64,000 nt of DNA from an uncultured Clostridia bacterium. GTDB taxonomy: Bacteria; Bacillota; Clostridia; Christensenellales; UBA1242. The notes under the pieces were generated by a model that was given only the letters and a program-made list of their open reading frames with translations, did not search any database and was not told where the DNA came from. Positions 1-13,100 of the stretch are shown one piece after another. A program made the translations under genes and the position numbers. The stretch lies in the NCBI GenBank assembly GCA_947627545.1, contig CANQWK010000001.1, positions 15,473 through 79,472 on the forward strand, given 5' to 3'. Each line of letters begins with the position of its first letter. The stretch's first letter is position 1.

Positions 1-378
1 TAGTCCAAAGCCTAAAAACAAAATAAAAATTTTAAATTGCAATTTATCTTTAAAATACAAACTTGTAAAGAAACTAGCAACAGCAACGGCAAAAAGATAA
101 TAAGGCCAAAATTGATTTGCGTTTAAATTGAATTTTGTTTGAGCAAAGTATAGCACAAAATTTAAAATTCCGCAAATGAAAAGCGTTATGCCAATAAACA
201 TGCTGCTATCTAATTTTAGCGAAAAAGCACGAACAATAAGTAAAATTCCAATAAGCATTAGCGAAACTGCAAAACTTATTCTAAAAAATGGAAAGTTAAT
301 AGGCAATAAATCTAAAAAGAAACATACCACATTAACAATTAACACAGAATAATACAAAATTTTAGACTTTTTGCCCAC
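1..378 (-). CDS. Multi-pass membrane protein, partial (3' end lies beyond window edge)
   Basis: Minus-strand frame open from GTG at 378 to base 1. AAGGAG lies 8 nt upstream, inside the lgt 3' end. Translation VGKKSKILYYSVLIVNVVCFFLDLLPINFPFF... is strongly hydrophobic. Absent from the ORF track because no stop falls in the window. Confidence 0.55.
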   Translation of the reverse strand, partial: MGKKSKILYYSVLIVNVVCFFLDLLPINFPFFRISFAVSLMLIGILLIVRAFSLKLDSSMFIGITLFICGILNFVLYFAQTKFNLNANQFWPYYLFAVAVASFFTSLYFKDKLQFKIFILFLGFGL

Positions 379-1176
379 CTATTTTTCTCCTTTTAACCTT
401 TTGCGTTCTAACTTTATTAGGTTATATACAATTATGCCCACACCAACAAAAATTAAAATAATGCTTAAAATTTGGCTTACCCTTATATTTGAACCTGCCA
501 CGTAAAGGCTATCACTTCTTAACCCTTCAATAAACGCCCTGCCAATGCCATACCAAATTAAATAAATGGCAGAAGTTGACATTGTGCAACGGCTTTTATA
601 ATAAGCAATTAACAAAACAAAAACACCTATAAAGTTCCACAAACTTTCATAAAAGAATGTTGCTTGATACCACGCATTTTTTGCTTCAATAAACACAGCA
701 TAAGGAAACCATTGCAAATTTGGATTTGTAACTAAATTTCCATAGGCCTCTTGATTAAAGAAGTTACCCCACCTGCCTATTGCTTGACCTAAAAGAAGGC
801 AAGGCACACAAATATCGCAAATTGTGCCAAGAATTTTTATATCTTTTTTTATTAAGCAGAAAATTATAACACCAATTAAACCGCCAATAACGCCGCCATA
901 TATGGCAAGCCCACCGCCCTTAATGTCAAACAACTCTTTAAAAGAATAGTTATATTCATAAAAGAAACAATAATATAGCCTTGCTCCAACAATGGCAAGC
1001 GGAAGGCAAATAATTGCAAGCAAAATTATATCGTCTGCTTTAATGCCGCGTTTTTTTGCAAGTTTGCACGCAAGCAATATGCCTAAAAGCATTGCCGCAG
1101 CAATAATTACTCCATAAAAACGCACCTCTAAATTTCCTATAAAAAACCCTGAAGGCGGAATAAAATATAAATTCAT
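379..1176 (-). CDS. lgt: Prolipoprotein diacylglyceryl transferase
   Basis: 265-aa polytopic protein carrying the Lgt signature GRWGNFFNQEAYG. Length and TM layout are typical. Confidence 0.93.
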   Translation of the reverse strand: MNLYFIPPSGFFIGNLEVRFYGVIIAAAMLLGILLACKLAKKRGIKADDIILLAIICLPLAIVGARLYYCFFYEYNYSFKELFDIKGGGLAIYGGVIGGLIGVIIFCLIKKDIKILGTICDICVPCLLLGQAIGRWGNFFNQEAYGNLVTNPNLQWFPYAVFIEAKNAWYQATFFYESLWNFIGVFVLLIAYYKSRCTMSTSAIYLIWYGIGRAFIEGLRSDSLYVAGSNIRVSQILSIILIFVGVGIIVYNLIKLERKRLKGEK

Positions 1177-1384
1177 AATTTAATTTTATATCAAAGTAAA
1201 AAAAAATGCAACTAATTAATTTTAAATTATTGGCAAAATTTGTAGATTTGTAGCTATATTTTATTTTTTATTTTAATTTAACCATTAAATTTTCATTATA
1301 TTTATTTGCGGCAAAAATTATTTAAATTTTGTTTATTGAAATTGTAAGCATAACAAAATTTTACAAAAATGCATATTAAACATT

Positions 1385-2659
1385 ATGAAATATTTTGGAA
1401 CAGACGGCATAAGGGGTATAGTTGAAGTTAATTTAAACAAAAAACTTATTTTAAAAATTGCAAATGGAATTGTTAGGTTTTATAAAAAACATAAACTTTC
1501 AAAAATTTTGCTTGTTGGCAATGATAGTAGAATTAGCGCCGACTATATTTTGTCAGTTATAAACAGCGTACTTTTAAAAAGTGGAATTGAAGTGCATAAC
1601 ATTGGCAGTTGTTCTAGCCCTTGCCTAGCTTATATTTGCAAAAAATTTAATTATCCGCTTGGCCTAATGATAAGCGCATCTCATAACCCTTATCAATATA
1701 ATGGTTTAAAATTTTTTAATTCTAATGGCGAAAAAATAAGTGAGGTAACTGAACAAAAAATTGAATATTTTATGGATAAAAAATCCAACTATAAACCTAG
1801 TTTTTCTTGTTGCAAAAAGGCAGAAAATTTAAAAGAAAGTTATATTCAATTTTTAAAACAACTTTTAAAAAATAAAACTAATGTTTCAAATTGTGTTTTT
1901 GATTGTTCTTGTGGAGGAACAAGTGAAATTTGCAAATTAATTTTTAAACAAAGCAAAATTGTAAATGCAAATCCTAACGGACAAAATATAAACAAAAATT
2001 GCGGATGCACCAACCTTGAATATTTACGTTCCATTTGCTTAAGCGAACATAAATTAGGTTTTGCTTTTGACGGCGATGGCGATAGAATTATGGCAGTAGA
2101 TGAACATGGCAATATTTTTGATGGAGATAAAATAATGTACATTTTGGCAAAATTCTTTTTACATAAAAATGATGTTTTGGTTGGCACAATTTACACTAAC
2201 ATGGGGTTAGAAAATTGGCTAACGCAAAAAGGAATAATTTTAAAACGGGTAAATGTTGGAGATAAAAATGTTTATAAACTTATGCAAGAAAATGGTTCGC
2301 TTTTAGGTGGAGAAAATGCTGGACATATAATTTTTAAAAAATATTCCAACACGGGCGATGGCGTTTTAATTTCAATTATACTTCTTAACATTTTAGAAAT
2401 AACAAAATGTAGTTTAAATGAATTAATAGAAAATTATGTTGAATATTATCAGGCGAACGACAATTTAAAATTGCAGCCAAATTTTAAAATAGACGAAAAT
2501 ACAAAATTGTTAATTAGCAAATATACAAATTTAGAAACAAGAATAATAATTCGCCCAAGTGGCACTGAGCCTATTTTGAGAATTATGGTTGAAAATAAAA
2601 ATAAAGAAACAGCATTAAATATTTTGTCTGTTATAAAAAATAGCATTAATCAATTTTAA
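1385..2659 (+). CDS. glmM: Phosphoglucosamine mutase
   Basis: N-terminus MKYFGTDGIRG, active-site SASHNP, metal loop FDGDGDR and sugar loop GGENAGH. This is the alpha-D-phosphohexomutase layout. Confidence 0.88.
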   Translation: MKYFGTDGIRGIVEVNLNKKLILKIANGIVRFYKKHKLSKILLVGNDSRISADYILSVINSVLLKSGIEVHNIGSCSSPCLAYICKKFNYPLGLMISASHNPYQYNGLKFFNSNGEKISEVTEQKIEYFMDKKSNYKPSFSCCKKAENLKESYIQFLKQLLKNKTNVSNCVFDCSCGGTSEICKLIFKQSKIVNANPNGQNINKNCGCTNLEYLRSICLSEHKLGFAFDGDGDRIMAVDEHGNIFDGDKIMYILAKFFLHKNDVLVGTIYTNMGLENWLTQKGIILKRVNVGDKNVYKLMQENGSLLGGENAGHIIFKKYSNTGDGVLISIILLNILEITKCSLNELIENYVEYYQANDNLKLQPNFKIDENTKLLISKYTNLETRIIIRPSGTEPILRIMVENKNKETALNILSVIKNSINQF

Positions 2660-2853
2660 AAAATTTGTTAATAAAACATAAAAAAATATTAAAATTTTTA
2701 AAAAATAGCATTAAAAAATTAAAAAATGTGCAAAAAAACATGCAATTTTTAATGTTTTTAAAAATTTTTTAATTATTTTTTACTTCATATAATTTTTTGA
2801 ATATGTAAATTTTTTACTTAAATAATATTGTTGTAACAATTAAAAATTACTGC

Positions 2854-2882
2854 TTGCAAAAAAAATTTTCTTATGCTAAAAT
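2854..2882 (+). promoter_or_regulatory. Sigma-A-type promoter abutting the ung start codon (leaderless candidate)
   Basis: TTGCAA (2854-2859), 17-nt spacer, TAAAAT (2877-2882) preceded by TGC. Only 6 nt separate it from ATG 2889 and there is no Shine-Dalgarno. Confidence 0.5.
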
Positions 2883-2888
2883 TATTAT

Positions 2889-3554
2889 ATGGATTATGTG
2901 TTAGATAAAAGTTGGAGTGAAAAACTTTCAAACCGCTTTCAACAAGATTATAAACGAAAATTATTTACTTGGTTAGAAAATGAATATGCAAGCAAGGTGG
3001 TTTTTCCGCCAAAGCAACAAGTTTTTAGTGCTTTAAATTTAGTGCCAATTGCAAATGTTAAAGTTGTTATAATTGGACAAGACCCTTATCACACAAAAGG
3101 TCAAGCAGACGGACTTGCTTTTAGTTGTCACAATGGTACGCCACAGCCAAGCCTTAAAAATATTTTTAAAGAGATTAATGACGATTTACATATTGAAACA
3201 ACAGGCAACACCGATTTAACTGCCTGGGCAAAACAGGGTGTGTTATTGTTAAACACAAGTTTAACTGTAATTGAGCATCAGCCTGCCAGCCACGCAAACG
3301 AATTGTGGCACACTTTTACAACCGAAGTGGTTAAAATTTTAAATGAACTTAATCAGCCCATTGTATTTATGCTTTGGGGTAACCATGCAAAATCATTTTT
3401 GCCACTTTTAAATAATGCTAATCATTTAATTTTGCAAGCAGCACACCCCAGCCCATTTTCTGCATATAATGGATTTTTTGGCTGTAAGCATTTTAGTAAA
3501 GCCAACGCCTTTTTAACCGAGCATAATTTAACACCTATTAATTGGCAAATTTAA
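2889..3554 (+). CDS. ung: Uracil-DNA glycosylase (family 1)
   Basis: Catalytic water-activating loop GQDPYH and C-terminal HPSPFSA motif. The 221-aa length is typical. Confidence 0.95.
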   Translation: MDYVLDKSWSEKLSNRFQQDYKRKLFTWLENEYASKVVFPPKQQVFSALNLVPIANVKVVIIGQDPYHTKGQADGLAFSCHNGTPQPSLKNIFKEINDDLHIETTGNTDLTAWAKQGVLLLNTSLTVIEHQPASHANELWHTFTTEVVKILNELNQPIVFMLWGNHAKSFLPLLNNANHLILQAAHPSPFSAYNGFFGCKHFSKANAFLTEHNLTPINWQI

Positions 3555-3618
3555 TTAAACAAATAAAACCTATTGACATTTTAAAATTTTATGATAAAAT
3601 TTAAACAAAGGAGTTTAT

Positions 3619-4053
3619 ATGGACTATATTTTAACAGAAAAACAAATGAAAGATTTTTTAAAGCGATGTTTAACAAAGCGTTGCGAAGAATTAAACACTA
3701 AAAGCGTTGCAACTATAAAAAATTGTAAATATCCAAAACTTTCATTAACAATTTCGGATAACGACCCTAAAATTAAAAAAGCATTTTTTTTATTGTTTAC
3801 AAATTTTGGAATTGATTATGATAAATCTTCTCCTATTTGCAAGAAAATGAATGAAATGTATATTGCTTATATGCACGAACTTTTTGGAGAAGAATATTTA
3901 ACCGAACTATTTAATTATAAATCTGAATATATTTCACAATTAAAAGATAACGAAACTTCTAAATATAAAGAAAAAATTAACGCACTAGATGAACAACTTG
4001 ATAAATTTTCTTTGTATATTGAAAAAATCCGCAAAAATTCTTTAAACCAATAA
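3619..4053 (+). CDS. Hypothetical protein (144 aa)
   Basis: Own promoter TTGACA-16 nt-TAAAAT with TGA extension, and AAGGAG 7 nt before the ATG. No recognisable domain. Confidence 0.6.
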   Translation: MDYILTEKQMKDFLKRCLTKRCEELNTKSVATIKNCKYPKLSLTISDNDPKIKKAFFLLFTNFGIDYDKSSPICKKMNEMYIAYMHELFGEEYLTELFNYKSEYISQLKDNETSKYKEKINALDEQLDKFSLYIEKIRKNSLNQ

Positions 4054-4067
4054 CTTAAATTAAATAC

Positions 4068-4096
4068 AAAAAAAGGAGATTTTTATCTCCTTTTTT
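4068..4096. terminator. Bidirectional rho-independent terminator between convergent genes
   Basis: A7-GGAGAT-tttt-ATCTCC-T6. It serves the 3619..4053 gene (+) and the giant gene (-). Confidence 0.8.
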
Positions 4097-4105
4097 GTTT
4101 GTGCA

Positions 4106-7100
4106 TTAATCTTTTGGAGCAATTGTTTTTAAGTTATCATAACTTATATCAACTGTGGAGTTTTGAACATTTTTATATGAAATGCTTAAAACATTATCAT
4201 TTAACACAACGGAATATGTGTAAATTACTCCATTATGTGTTATAGTGTAAACCCCATTATCTGCTTTTAACTCTTTGCCATTTAAGCTTACAACAATGTT
4301 ATTTTGTTTTATTTCTATTGTTAAAGTTAAATTATCAACTGTTGTTAATTCTATTTTTGTTAAAAGCCAATCTTCAGTTTTTGTTATTATATCTAATTGC
4401 ACATCTTGATTAAACCTATATTCATTAGATAGTGTTGAATTAAATTGTTGTTCGCTTGAAACTAACGCATTATTTGGATTTTGCAAATCATCAAGGCTAT
4501 CAAAATGATATTCATTAACATTCAAATTGAATAATGCCGGTTCTATTTTTACATCTAAAATTATATTTTTTATTAATTTAAAGTTCACTTCAGTGTAGCC
4601 TAGCATGTTAGATGTTGCAACTTGTTCCCCTTCAATTTCTACATTTATTATATATTTTGTTAGTTCTTGTGGATAGAACACAAAATTGATTTCGTCCTCT
4701 TCGCTATCTTCGTTATATTGAAGATAATAATTACCGCTTACAAAATCCGCTATATTGGTTGTATATTGCACCAAATTTATTAAATCTGGGTTGCTGCTTG
4801 TAATGTTTAATGTTATGCTAAACTTTTGCCAATTTTCCACACCAAATTGAATTGTGTTATTAGCCAATGAACAGCATTCTTCAATAAGTTGTGATGTTAA
4901 AACTATGCGATTGCCTTCAAATGTAACTTTTTCATTTAACGAGTTGTAATAATAGAATGTTTTTAATTGATAATTATTTAAAATTACATTGTCGCTAAAC
5001 ATTATTGTGCTGCCAACATACGCACCTGTAATGTAATTAAATCTTCCATTTTGCGTGCTTGATTTTGAAGTTCTAATTGCATTTGTAAACATTGAATAGT
5101 AATTTTCATTTAAGTTATTTTCAAATTCAAGCCTTATGCTTTGTTTACTTAAATATATAATATATGTGCCTGCATTTGGATAATAATAAGGGTTACCGTT
5201 TGCGTCTTTATCTACTTTAAAATTGTTAATTAAAATTAAACCTTCGCTGGTAATGTTTAGTTGTTTAACGCCGTTAAAGTAAATGTGCCCTTCATAATTA
5301 TAGCCAGCATTCAAATTTAATTTTGCAACAACTTTGCGGTTTTCTCTTACATTAATTGTAGAGTTGCCTGAATAACTATCTTGCATACCGGTTTGTTCAT
5401 CAATAACCAAAATTTCAAATGTTCCAAAATCGTCAGTTGAATAAGCAAAATTTGCATCTCTTAACTGCATTTTAACTGTTATGTTTTGATTTGGTTTATC
5501 TTCCAAATATATTGAAATTTTAACTGCACCATAGTTGTAATCTCTATCTTGAACAATATATTCAAAGTTTGTGCTTCCAACAAAGTTGGCATTTACAACC
5601 ACTTCATTAATGACAATTCTGCCTTGATAATCTGCACTAATGTTTATAGCACCGTCAATTTTGCTATTAATGTTTAAATTAGATGTAGGTTGTAAGTTAA
5701 TGGCAGAAATAATTTGAGATAAACTTTCTAAGTTTGTTAGCGAATTGTTTAAATAATATTCAATTTGAACACTTAACAAATTTGGTATAAACGAAACTTC
5801 TAATTTAGAATTTTCTTCTATAGCAAAGTTGGTTGTTGTTAAAATTTCATTGTTTAAACTGAACTGTGCCGCTAAATATCTATTTGTATCGAATTGAGTT
5901 AAAATTTCGTTGTTTAAGCCAACATAACTTTCAACAATCATTAAAGCTGTGGTGTTTGACCTATAATAGCCATTAACAACATTTTCGTTTGCCTGTAAAG
6001 TTAATGTTTTGCTGTTGGTTGCCGAATTTGAAATTGTAATTTCACGTTCGGTTGAATTTGTATCATTTTCCATTGCTTTTACAAACACTTCAATTGTTAA
6101 GTTTGGCCTAACTTCCAACACCGAATAAATTGTTCTAAATTCCGCTAAGTTTGGCAAAATTATTGTAGGTTCAACGCCTAAATTGCTGCTTAAATATTGA
6201 TAAATATTGAATGTTCTTGTTGTAAATTCTGCATCGGCTAGTGGGAAAGGATAATTTGTAAATAAGTTATCTTTATTTAATGTTTTATTTGAGTTATAAG
6301 AATAACTTGAAATTGCAGCATACTCTGTTCCATCTTTGCCCTTATAACCATAATAACTTCCATTTCTTATTTTGCTAAACGCTTCATACAACGAAACATC
6401 TCTAACTTGAATGTTCCATTTATTGCCTTGAGTTGGAGTAATTGTGTCTAGCCAAGCATCTTCTCCTGTTTTGCTTGAATCATAAATTTTAATTTTATAA
6501 TCAAATATAATTAAATCGTTATTTATAACAATATCGCCTATATCGGTTTTATTAACCGCAAAGTCATCTAGGCCTTGCACTTTATTGCCTAACTTATCAG
6601 TTGCACAATAAAAGTTTTGCCTTAGCCAACTGCCTGTTAAATTTAAAACATAAGTTTGATTTATTGTTCCGTCTTCATTTTGCAATTGTTCGTTTCTCAA
6701 CAAAACAACGGTGTAAACTTTTTCTGGAGTTGTAATTTCTAGCACAAAAGCTTCTTCGGCAAACTCATATCCTATTTTTGCAGAATATCTTATTAAAATT
6801 TCGTCTTCAACTTTTACCGGAATGTTATTTATTGGCTGATATGAATTTAAATTATAATTTCTGCCGTTTATATATATTGAGAACGTTCCGGCTTGCTCGT
6901 TTGCCAATTTGACATCTATGCTATACCCAATTTTGCTAAACACAACATCAACATCAAACTCATTTCCAACCGCTAAATTGTGTGAATCTATTGTTTCTGC
7001 ATCTACAAAACTAGTGTAATTTAATGTTTCTTCATTATTCAACGGATATTTATATACATCGGCCGCCGTTTTGTTTTTCCACGTAATTGAACTAAACTTA

Positions 7101-10100
7101 TAGCCTATCATTTCATCATACAAGCCGCTAGCCATTGCATCAGGGTCTTGGCTTTGGTCGAATGTAATAAAGAATATATTGCTACCTGCATAGAACTTAA
7201 CTTTTTCTATTTTTGTTAATTTGCTTGTGTTAATTAAATCTACGCTTCCCGAACTAGCCATTTTGTTAGTGTATGATAGTAATTTTTCATCTGTCCACTG
7301 AATTGAACTATCAAATGAATAATATTGCATTTCGCCATCTAGGAAAATTGCAAGATAGTTTATTGAAGTGTTATCGTCAATTAAAGTGTCTTCAACCCTT
7401 ATAATAAAATATCCATATTCGCCTGCATTTTGCGTTTCGTCTAACAAGGTTTGAGGGCGTAAATAATAATATTTTCTAAAATAATATGGATTAATTGTTA
7501 AATTATAGCCTTCGCCTGCAACATAGCAACGAGTGTAATTCCATTTTTCAAAGATTAAAAAGTTGTTTTCTTCAACCGTTTGTGAATGCAAATCTTGATT
7601 GTACACATAGGTTTTATAACTCATTTTTATTGAATTGCCTGATGTATCGGAGCCATTGTTATACCACAAAATTAATTGATAATTTTCATCTAAGAAGGCA
7701 GGTAACTCTCCAACCAATTGATTGCTTGCAAAATAGATAAAGAATTTATCTTTAAAATCGTTTAAATTTGCCTCAAAAGAGGTAAATTGCTTTTCTTCAT
7801 TGCCGTCAAATGCCTCGGTTGTGCCAATTGTTAATGCGGCATCTTTATAGAACAACTTTCTTAAAATTGAAAAGAATTTACCGCCTTGCCCTGAAACTGA
7901 ATTGTTATAATTGGTTTTAAAATTAAACATAAATGTTGAATAGACATCTGTCCAAAAATAACTAGTTGCAAATTCTTCGTTGTTTTTAAATTCTGCATAA
8001 GATTTATATTCAAAATCTTCTTCTACATACAATTCTTTGCTTCTAAAATCGAAGAAGTCTATTGTGTTTGCACCTGCTTGTTTTAGTTCGTAGTCGTTAC
8101 TTGCTACAACATATTTTTCTTTATTATCTAATTTATCTTTAAAAGATTTTAGTCCGTCTAAATTCATTTTTATTTTATAAATGTTATCTAAAAATTGCGG
8201 AACTAAACTAATTGTGTAAATTTCATTTTCATAAGTATAACAGCCAAAAGGAATATTCCTATAATTCCACGCTGGATTTTCCTTACTATTTAACGAACTT
8301 GCACTAATTGTAGAATCTATAATTATAGTTTCCTCTACAGGATTGCCGCTTAAAGTTGGCAAGAAATATGCCAATGATTGACCATTTATTTGAGCATTCG
8401 TTTTTAAATAATTTGCACCGCTTAAATCGTACATTTCGCCATATTTAAAGAAGCGGCGGCTATCCATACTTGTACCATACATTTCTGGTTTTATTGTAGC
8501 TTCAGTCCAAACCGGAACCATTAAAATTTTAGGGCTTTCATTGCTGCTTGATGTTTTTTGCTGCAACAATTTTAAATAATCTATTAATTTTGCACCTTGC
8601 AACACATTAACATCTATTGAATTTGTTAATGAATCTGTGCATAACCAATTATCGTTTTCTTTATAAACATAATAGATTTGCTGCTTAAACATAAACATTA
8701 CTTTCCAGCCAACAATTTCGTAGCCATAATTGTAAACAAACCAATAATTGCTGCCGCTAAAACTTGTTGTGTTTTGATAATTTTTATCAAAATCTTGTGG
8801 TGCGTAGAAAGTAGTTTCATTGCCTGATTTTAAATGGCTGGTAAAGAAGACATATTTTTCATCACTTTTGTTAGATAATTCCAAGTTTATGGTTGGGCCT
8901 TCGCCTAAATTAAATTCTGTGGTTGTAGTTTCCGTTTTATTATTATTTAAATTACCACCCACTCCAAAATAATTTGAAAGGTTTTCTATATCATTGCCGT
9001 GAATAGATGTTAGCCCACCCGAAGCATTTTTTATCACGTTTTGAATGGTTATATCATAAATTTTAGACAAATAAGGTCTAATATAAGGGTCAAAATCCAT
9101 TGAACTAGCAAGTGCATTTAACGCACCATAACTGCCTATTTGCAAGCTGTTTATTAAATAGAAAGTTTCGTCAATGCCATAAACTGACTCGCCTAAACTA
9201 AATTTCCAAACTTCGTAGTCGGTTAAAGGAATGTTGCAACTAATGTCCGTTTTATCTTTATAGAACACAACCGAACCAGATGCATAAATTGAAAGCAATT
9301 TTTCAAAGTTTATTTCGGCATCGTTAAGTTTGCGGCGAACAAGTTGAGCTTCGTCAAAATATTCAACATACTCAAAGCCTTGGTCTATAAGCGCTTGTTT
9401 GTTTGCGGTTAGCAACCAGCCGTCAATTTCGCCAATATTTTCTGCCTGCTCATCTTTAACAATTTGTTTTAAATTAGTAAAGTCTATTTGCGTTTTAACA
9501 TTAAATGAAATTCCGGCATTGTTCCAAGCTTGTTCGTCTGCTAATTGATAATAAACCGGCAATTCATAATTAACAATATTAAAGCAAGCGTAATAGGTTA
9601 TGCTTTCGCTAATGTTTGAAATGCTTTCGCTATTTTTAAATTCTGTTCTGCCTATGTCCGCTTTGCTATACATAACCGGCACGCCATTTGAACTAAGCAC
9701 ATAGCCGCCGTTTGGATGCACATAAAAATTGGTCAATGCATCATTAATGCCTTGCACGTTAGCACTTATTTTAGGAATAATGTATATAACATATTCTCCA
9801 GATTGTGTAGTTGTTGCAAACGATTTTAAAAATTCTGGTGCGGTGAAAGTTAAAACATAATAATTGTTCATTTGTGCAAATGTTAAATTTGAGCCTACAA
9901 AAAGTTCAAAATCATATTTATATTGACTGCCTGCTTGATATCTTGTTTGCGAAACAAGTCCGCCTTCATTCAATTTAAAGTTTTCACCGTCAACGGTTAC
10001 GGCTTGGATTGTTTGCGTGAAAGATTTTAGTGTTAAGGTTAAATAAAGAGTGGTATCTGCTGTTAAATTTTTGCTGAAAAATGGGTTATCTAAGCTTGCA

Positions 10101-13100
10101 TCTTGTATGCTGTTCCAACTTAGCCCAGAATAATATGTTTTGAAACTTTCCAAATTGCCTTGATTTAAAAATTCATATCCATTGGCGTTAGCATAAGGAA
10201 TAGCAACATTGAATGTGTAATTTTTGCCGTCTATTGAAGAAATATTTAATGCTCCGTCAGCGCCGAATTGTAAATTTTGCCCAGAAATAAATTCAATTTC
10301 AATTATTGTTGTGTTGCTTGGGTCATAAATCCAATTTTTGTTAGATTCATCTTGATATTGATATTGAGATGTAATGTTAGCAATTCTATCTGCATGAGCC
10401 AATTTTCCAACCATAATTCGCAAAGTGTATGCCGAATAAGTTAATGTTAAATATGGCACATTGCTTTGTTCGTCTGTGGCATAATTTAATTTTAAAGCCG
10501 CCACATCGCCATAAGTTTCTGCATTAATTGCCGTTACTTTATAGTATTTTGCAGTTTTGTTTCCACATTGAACATATTTAGTATCAATTAAATCCTTTAT
10601 GGTAAACAAATAAATATAATAATCATTAACATTTCCGTTTCGGCTTTTATATAACTCTATTGTTGAATTTTTATGGTTTGCAAAATAATTGTCTATTTGC
10701 GATTGCGACATGTTAGAAAGTGCGTTGCTACTGCTTGTTCCGCCTAAATGAGTAAAGCCCTGTGCAATTAGCGCTTGCTTGTATGTGGTTATGGCAAATC
10801 CGTCATAAGCAGCACGCTGTTGACTATTGGTAATTCCCGATTTTACATCTTCTAGCACCTTGCTATTTAAGGTTAAATTTGTGCTGTAACCGGTTGTGTG
10901 AGATATTTGATATGCTCTATATGCCTGATTTGTATTTGCATCGGTTGAATAATATATTGCAATGTTGCTTGTGTACGCTTGCACGCCAATGTAAATGTTT
11001 AAATTTTGGCTAAAGCTTTGTTCGTCAAAATCAATGCCAGAATTAGTAAATTTAGGTAAATTATTGTAGTTTGTTGCGCTGCCATATTTATAAAACAACA
11101 TTGCATTGCTAATTTGGTTAGCCGTTGTAAAGTTATAATAACCACGCTTTGGCACTATGCAAACATAGTTAGAATAACTGTTTTTTATTCTCTCCGCCGT
11201 GGCAAAATCTTTAGCTACCAACACATACCTATTAGCGCCTATTTTTAAAACATAATAATCGGCATTTGTTTCTTGTAAATCTACCCTTGCACCAATTTCA
11301 ACATCAATGCTTAAACTTGTGTTGTTGTTTGATGCCGTGCTGTTATTGCCAAAATATACATGTGAACTATCTGCACTATAACTGCCGTTATAAAATAACC
11401 CATAAAAATTTATTTTGAATGTTTTTAACTGCAATTCACAACGAATTTCAGAATCTGCATCAATTTGCCCACCGGTGAAATTCTGCCAAGTTGAAGAACT
11501 TCCTATTTTAATTTTCCAACTAACAGTGTAATATTTTGCAATTTCATCTGCCTGGCTATCTGAACACATATAACTACCTTTGTTAAATGGAGATTCAGCA
11601 TAATAATAAACATCTAAATATTCTCTGCCAAATCCATGTTGGAAAGTTGAAAAGCTAAGCCCTTTATTAGATACGGACACCGAAGAAGACTTTTCAACAT
11701 TATAATCTTTTGAACTAAAATCTCCATCATTATCCTTATATTGCTTGCCGTCTTGATTGTTGCCTTTGTTATTATAATTATCAACAGTTAGTTTTACAGT
11801 ATCTCTATAATCTAAATCCAAAATGCAAGGAACGGTTGCTCCACAAGTAGTTTCGTTTTCCGAAGAGCCGCCTTGAACTATACTACTTTCCATACGTGGA
11901 ATGTTACCTAAACTAGAAAGCGGACCTTTAAAATAATATGCCATGTATTGTTTATTACCTGAACCTACAGAAACCAAAGTTGCACAATTTTTAACCGGAT
12001 TAGTACGAAGAACTGGTTTTTCAGGCAAACATATTAAAGCGGACAATGTTCGTATATTAGAAGCTGAGCCATGAAACTCATCATTAGTAAAAGTGCCAGT
12101 ACATAATCCTTGTTGATCATCCATAATTATTTCAAAAGTATATTTTGTTCCATTTATTTCTTGTGTTGCAAGTTCGCCACTAGAAACAAAATATATTTTA
12201 TTATCATCATTTAAATTTTTCAATGTATAATAAGAAAATGTTTTATATGTCATACTACTTCCAAATACTACAGGAGTAGTATATCTAGCCAATAGCGTAG
12301 GACCACTTAATTTATACCCATAACTTTTCCATATTGGATTTACTTCACTTACATTTACTTCATCATCAACGCCAACTAGTAACCCCCAATAACTTGAATA
12401 TAATTCTCCAAAATATGCGTTACCAATAGGAAAATTTGTTCCTACTCCGGATGAAGGGTCATAAACTCTTTTCCCGGCCAATATTGAGCCGTCATCAGTA
12501 ATAGAATAGCCGTATATATAATTTGAACCTGGTTTTTGTGTAAATCTTATAGTTATACTAATATAATTATAAACATTTTTCGTGTACCATGGGGAAGCAA
12601 GTTCATACAAATCACTCATAGGCAATGCATAAAAATCTGCATTACCAATTTCTTGTTTGCTGTTGCCAACTACTATACTTTTACCAACAAATTTACTATC
12701 TAGAAGTGAACCACTAAATTTACTCATATATATTAAATCATATTTCCAAGTAGCATAATTAAAATTAATTTTGTGTTCATTATCTATAATTTCAATTTCT
12801 AAATCGGTTGGTTTCCATATATTATTTGAGTTTTTAAAATAACCTAATTTTATATCATTTTCCCAAACATCTCCATTTGAAACGGCAAGTTTAAAATAAT
12901 CTAATTCAACCAAACTATACAAGAACAAACAACCATCATTTTTAAGCACATCTTCACCTATTATTGAGCCTTTTGTTGAGTCTTGTTTATAAAAATCATT
13001 TAAATTTGCAAGGTTTGATAGATAAGGAACACTCTCGCTATAAATTCCTAAAATTGGACATTCTTTACTGTCTTGAATATAAACAGGCTGTTTTCCTGTT

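Noticed and set aside
7495-7740. Short plus-strand ORFs nested inside the giant gene (7495..7740, 14547..14801, 15195..15386)
   Set aside because: They are antisense to a very long, clearly coding frame. They lack a Shine-Dalgarno or promoter and have odd composition. Such ORFs are expected by chance opposite an 11-kb ORF.
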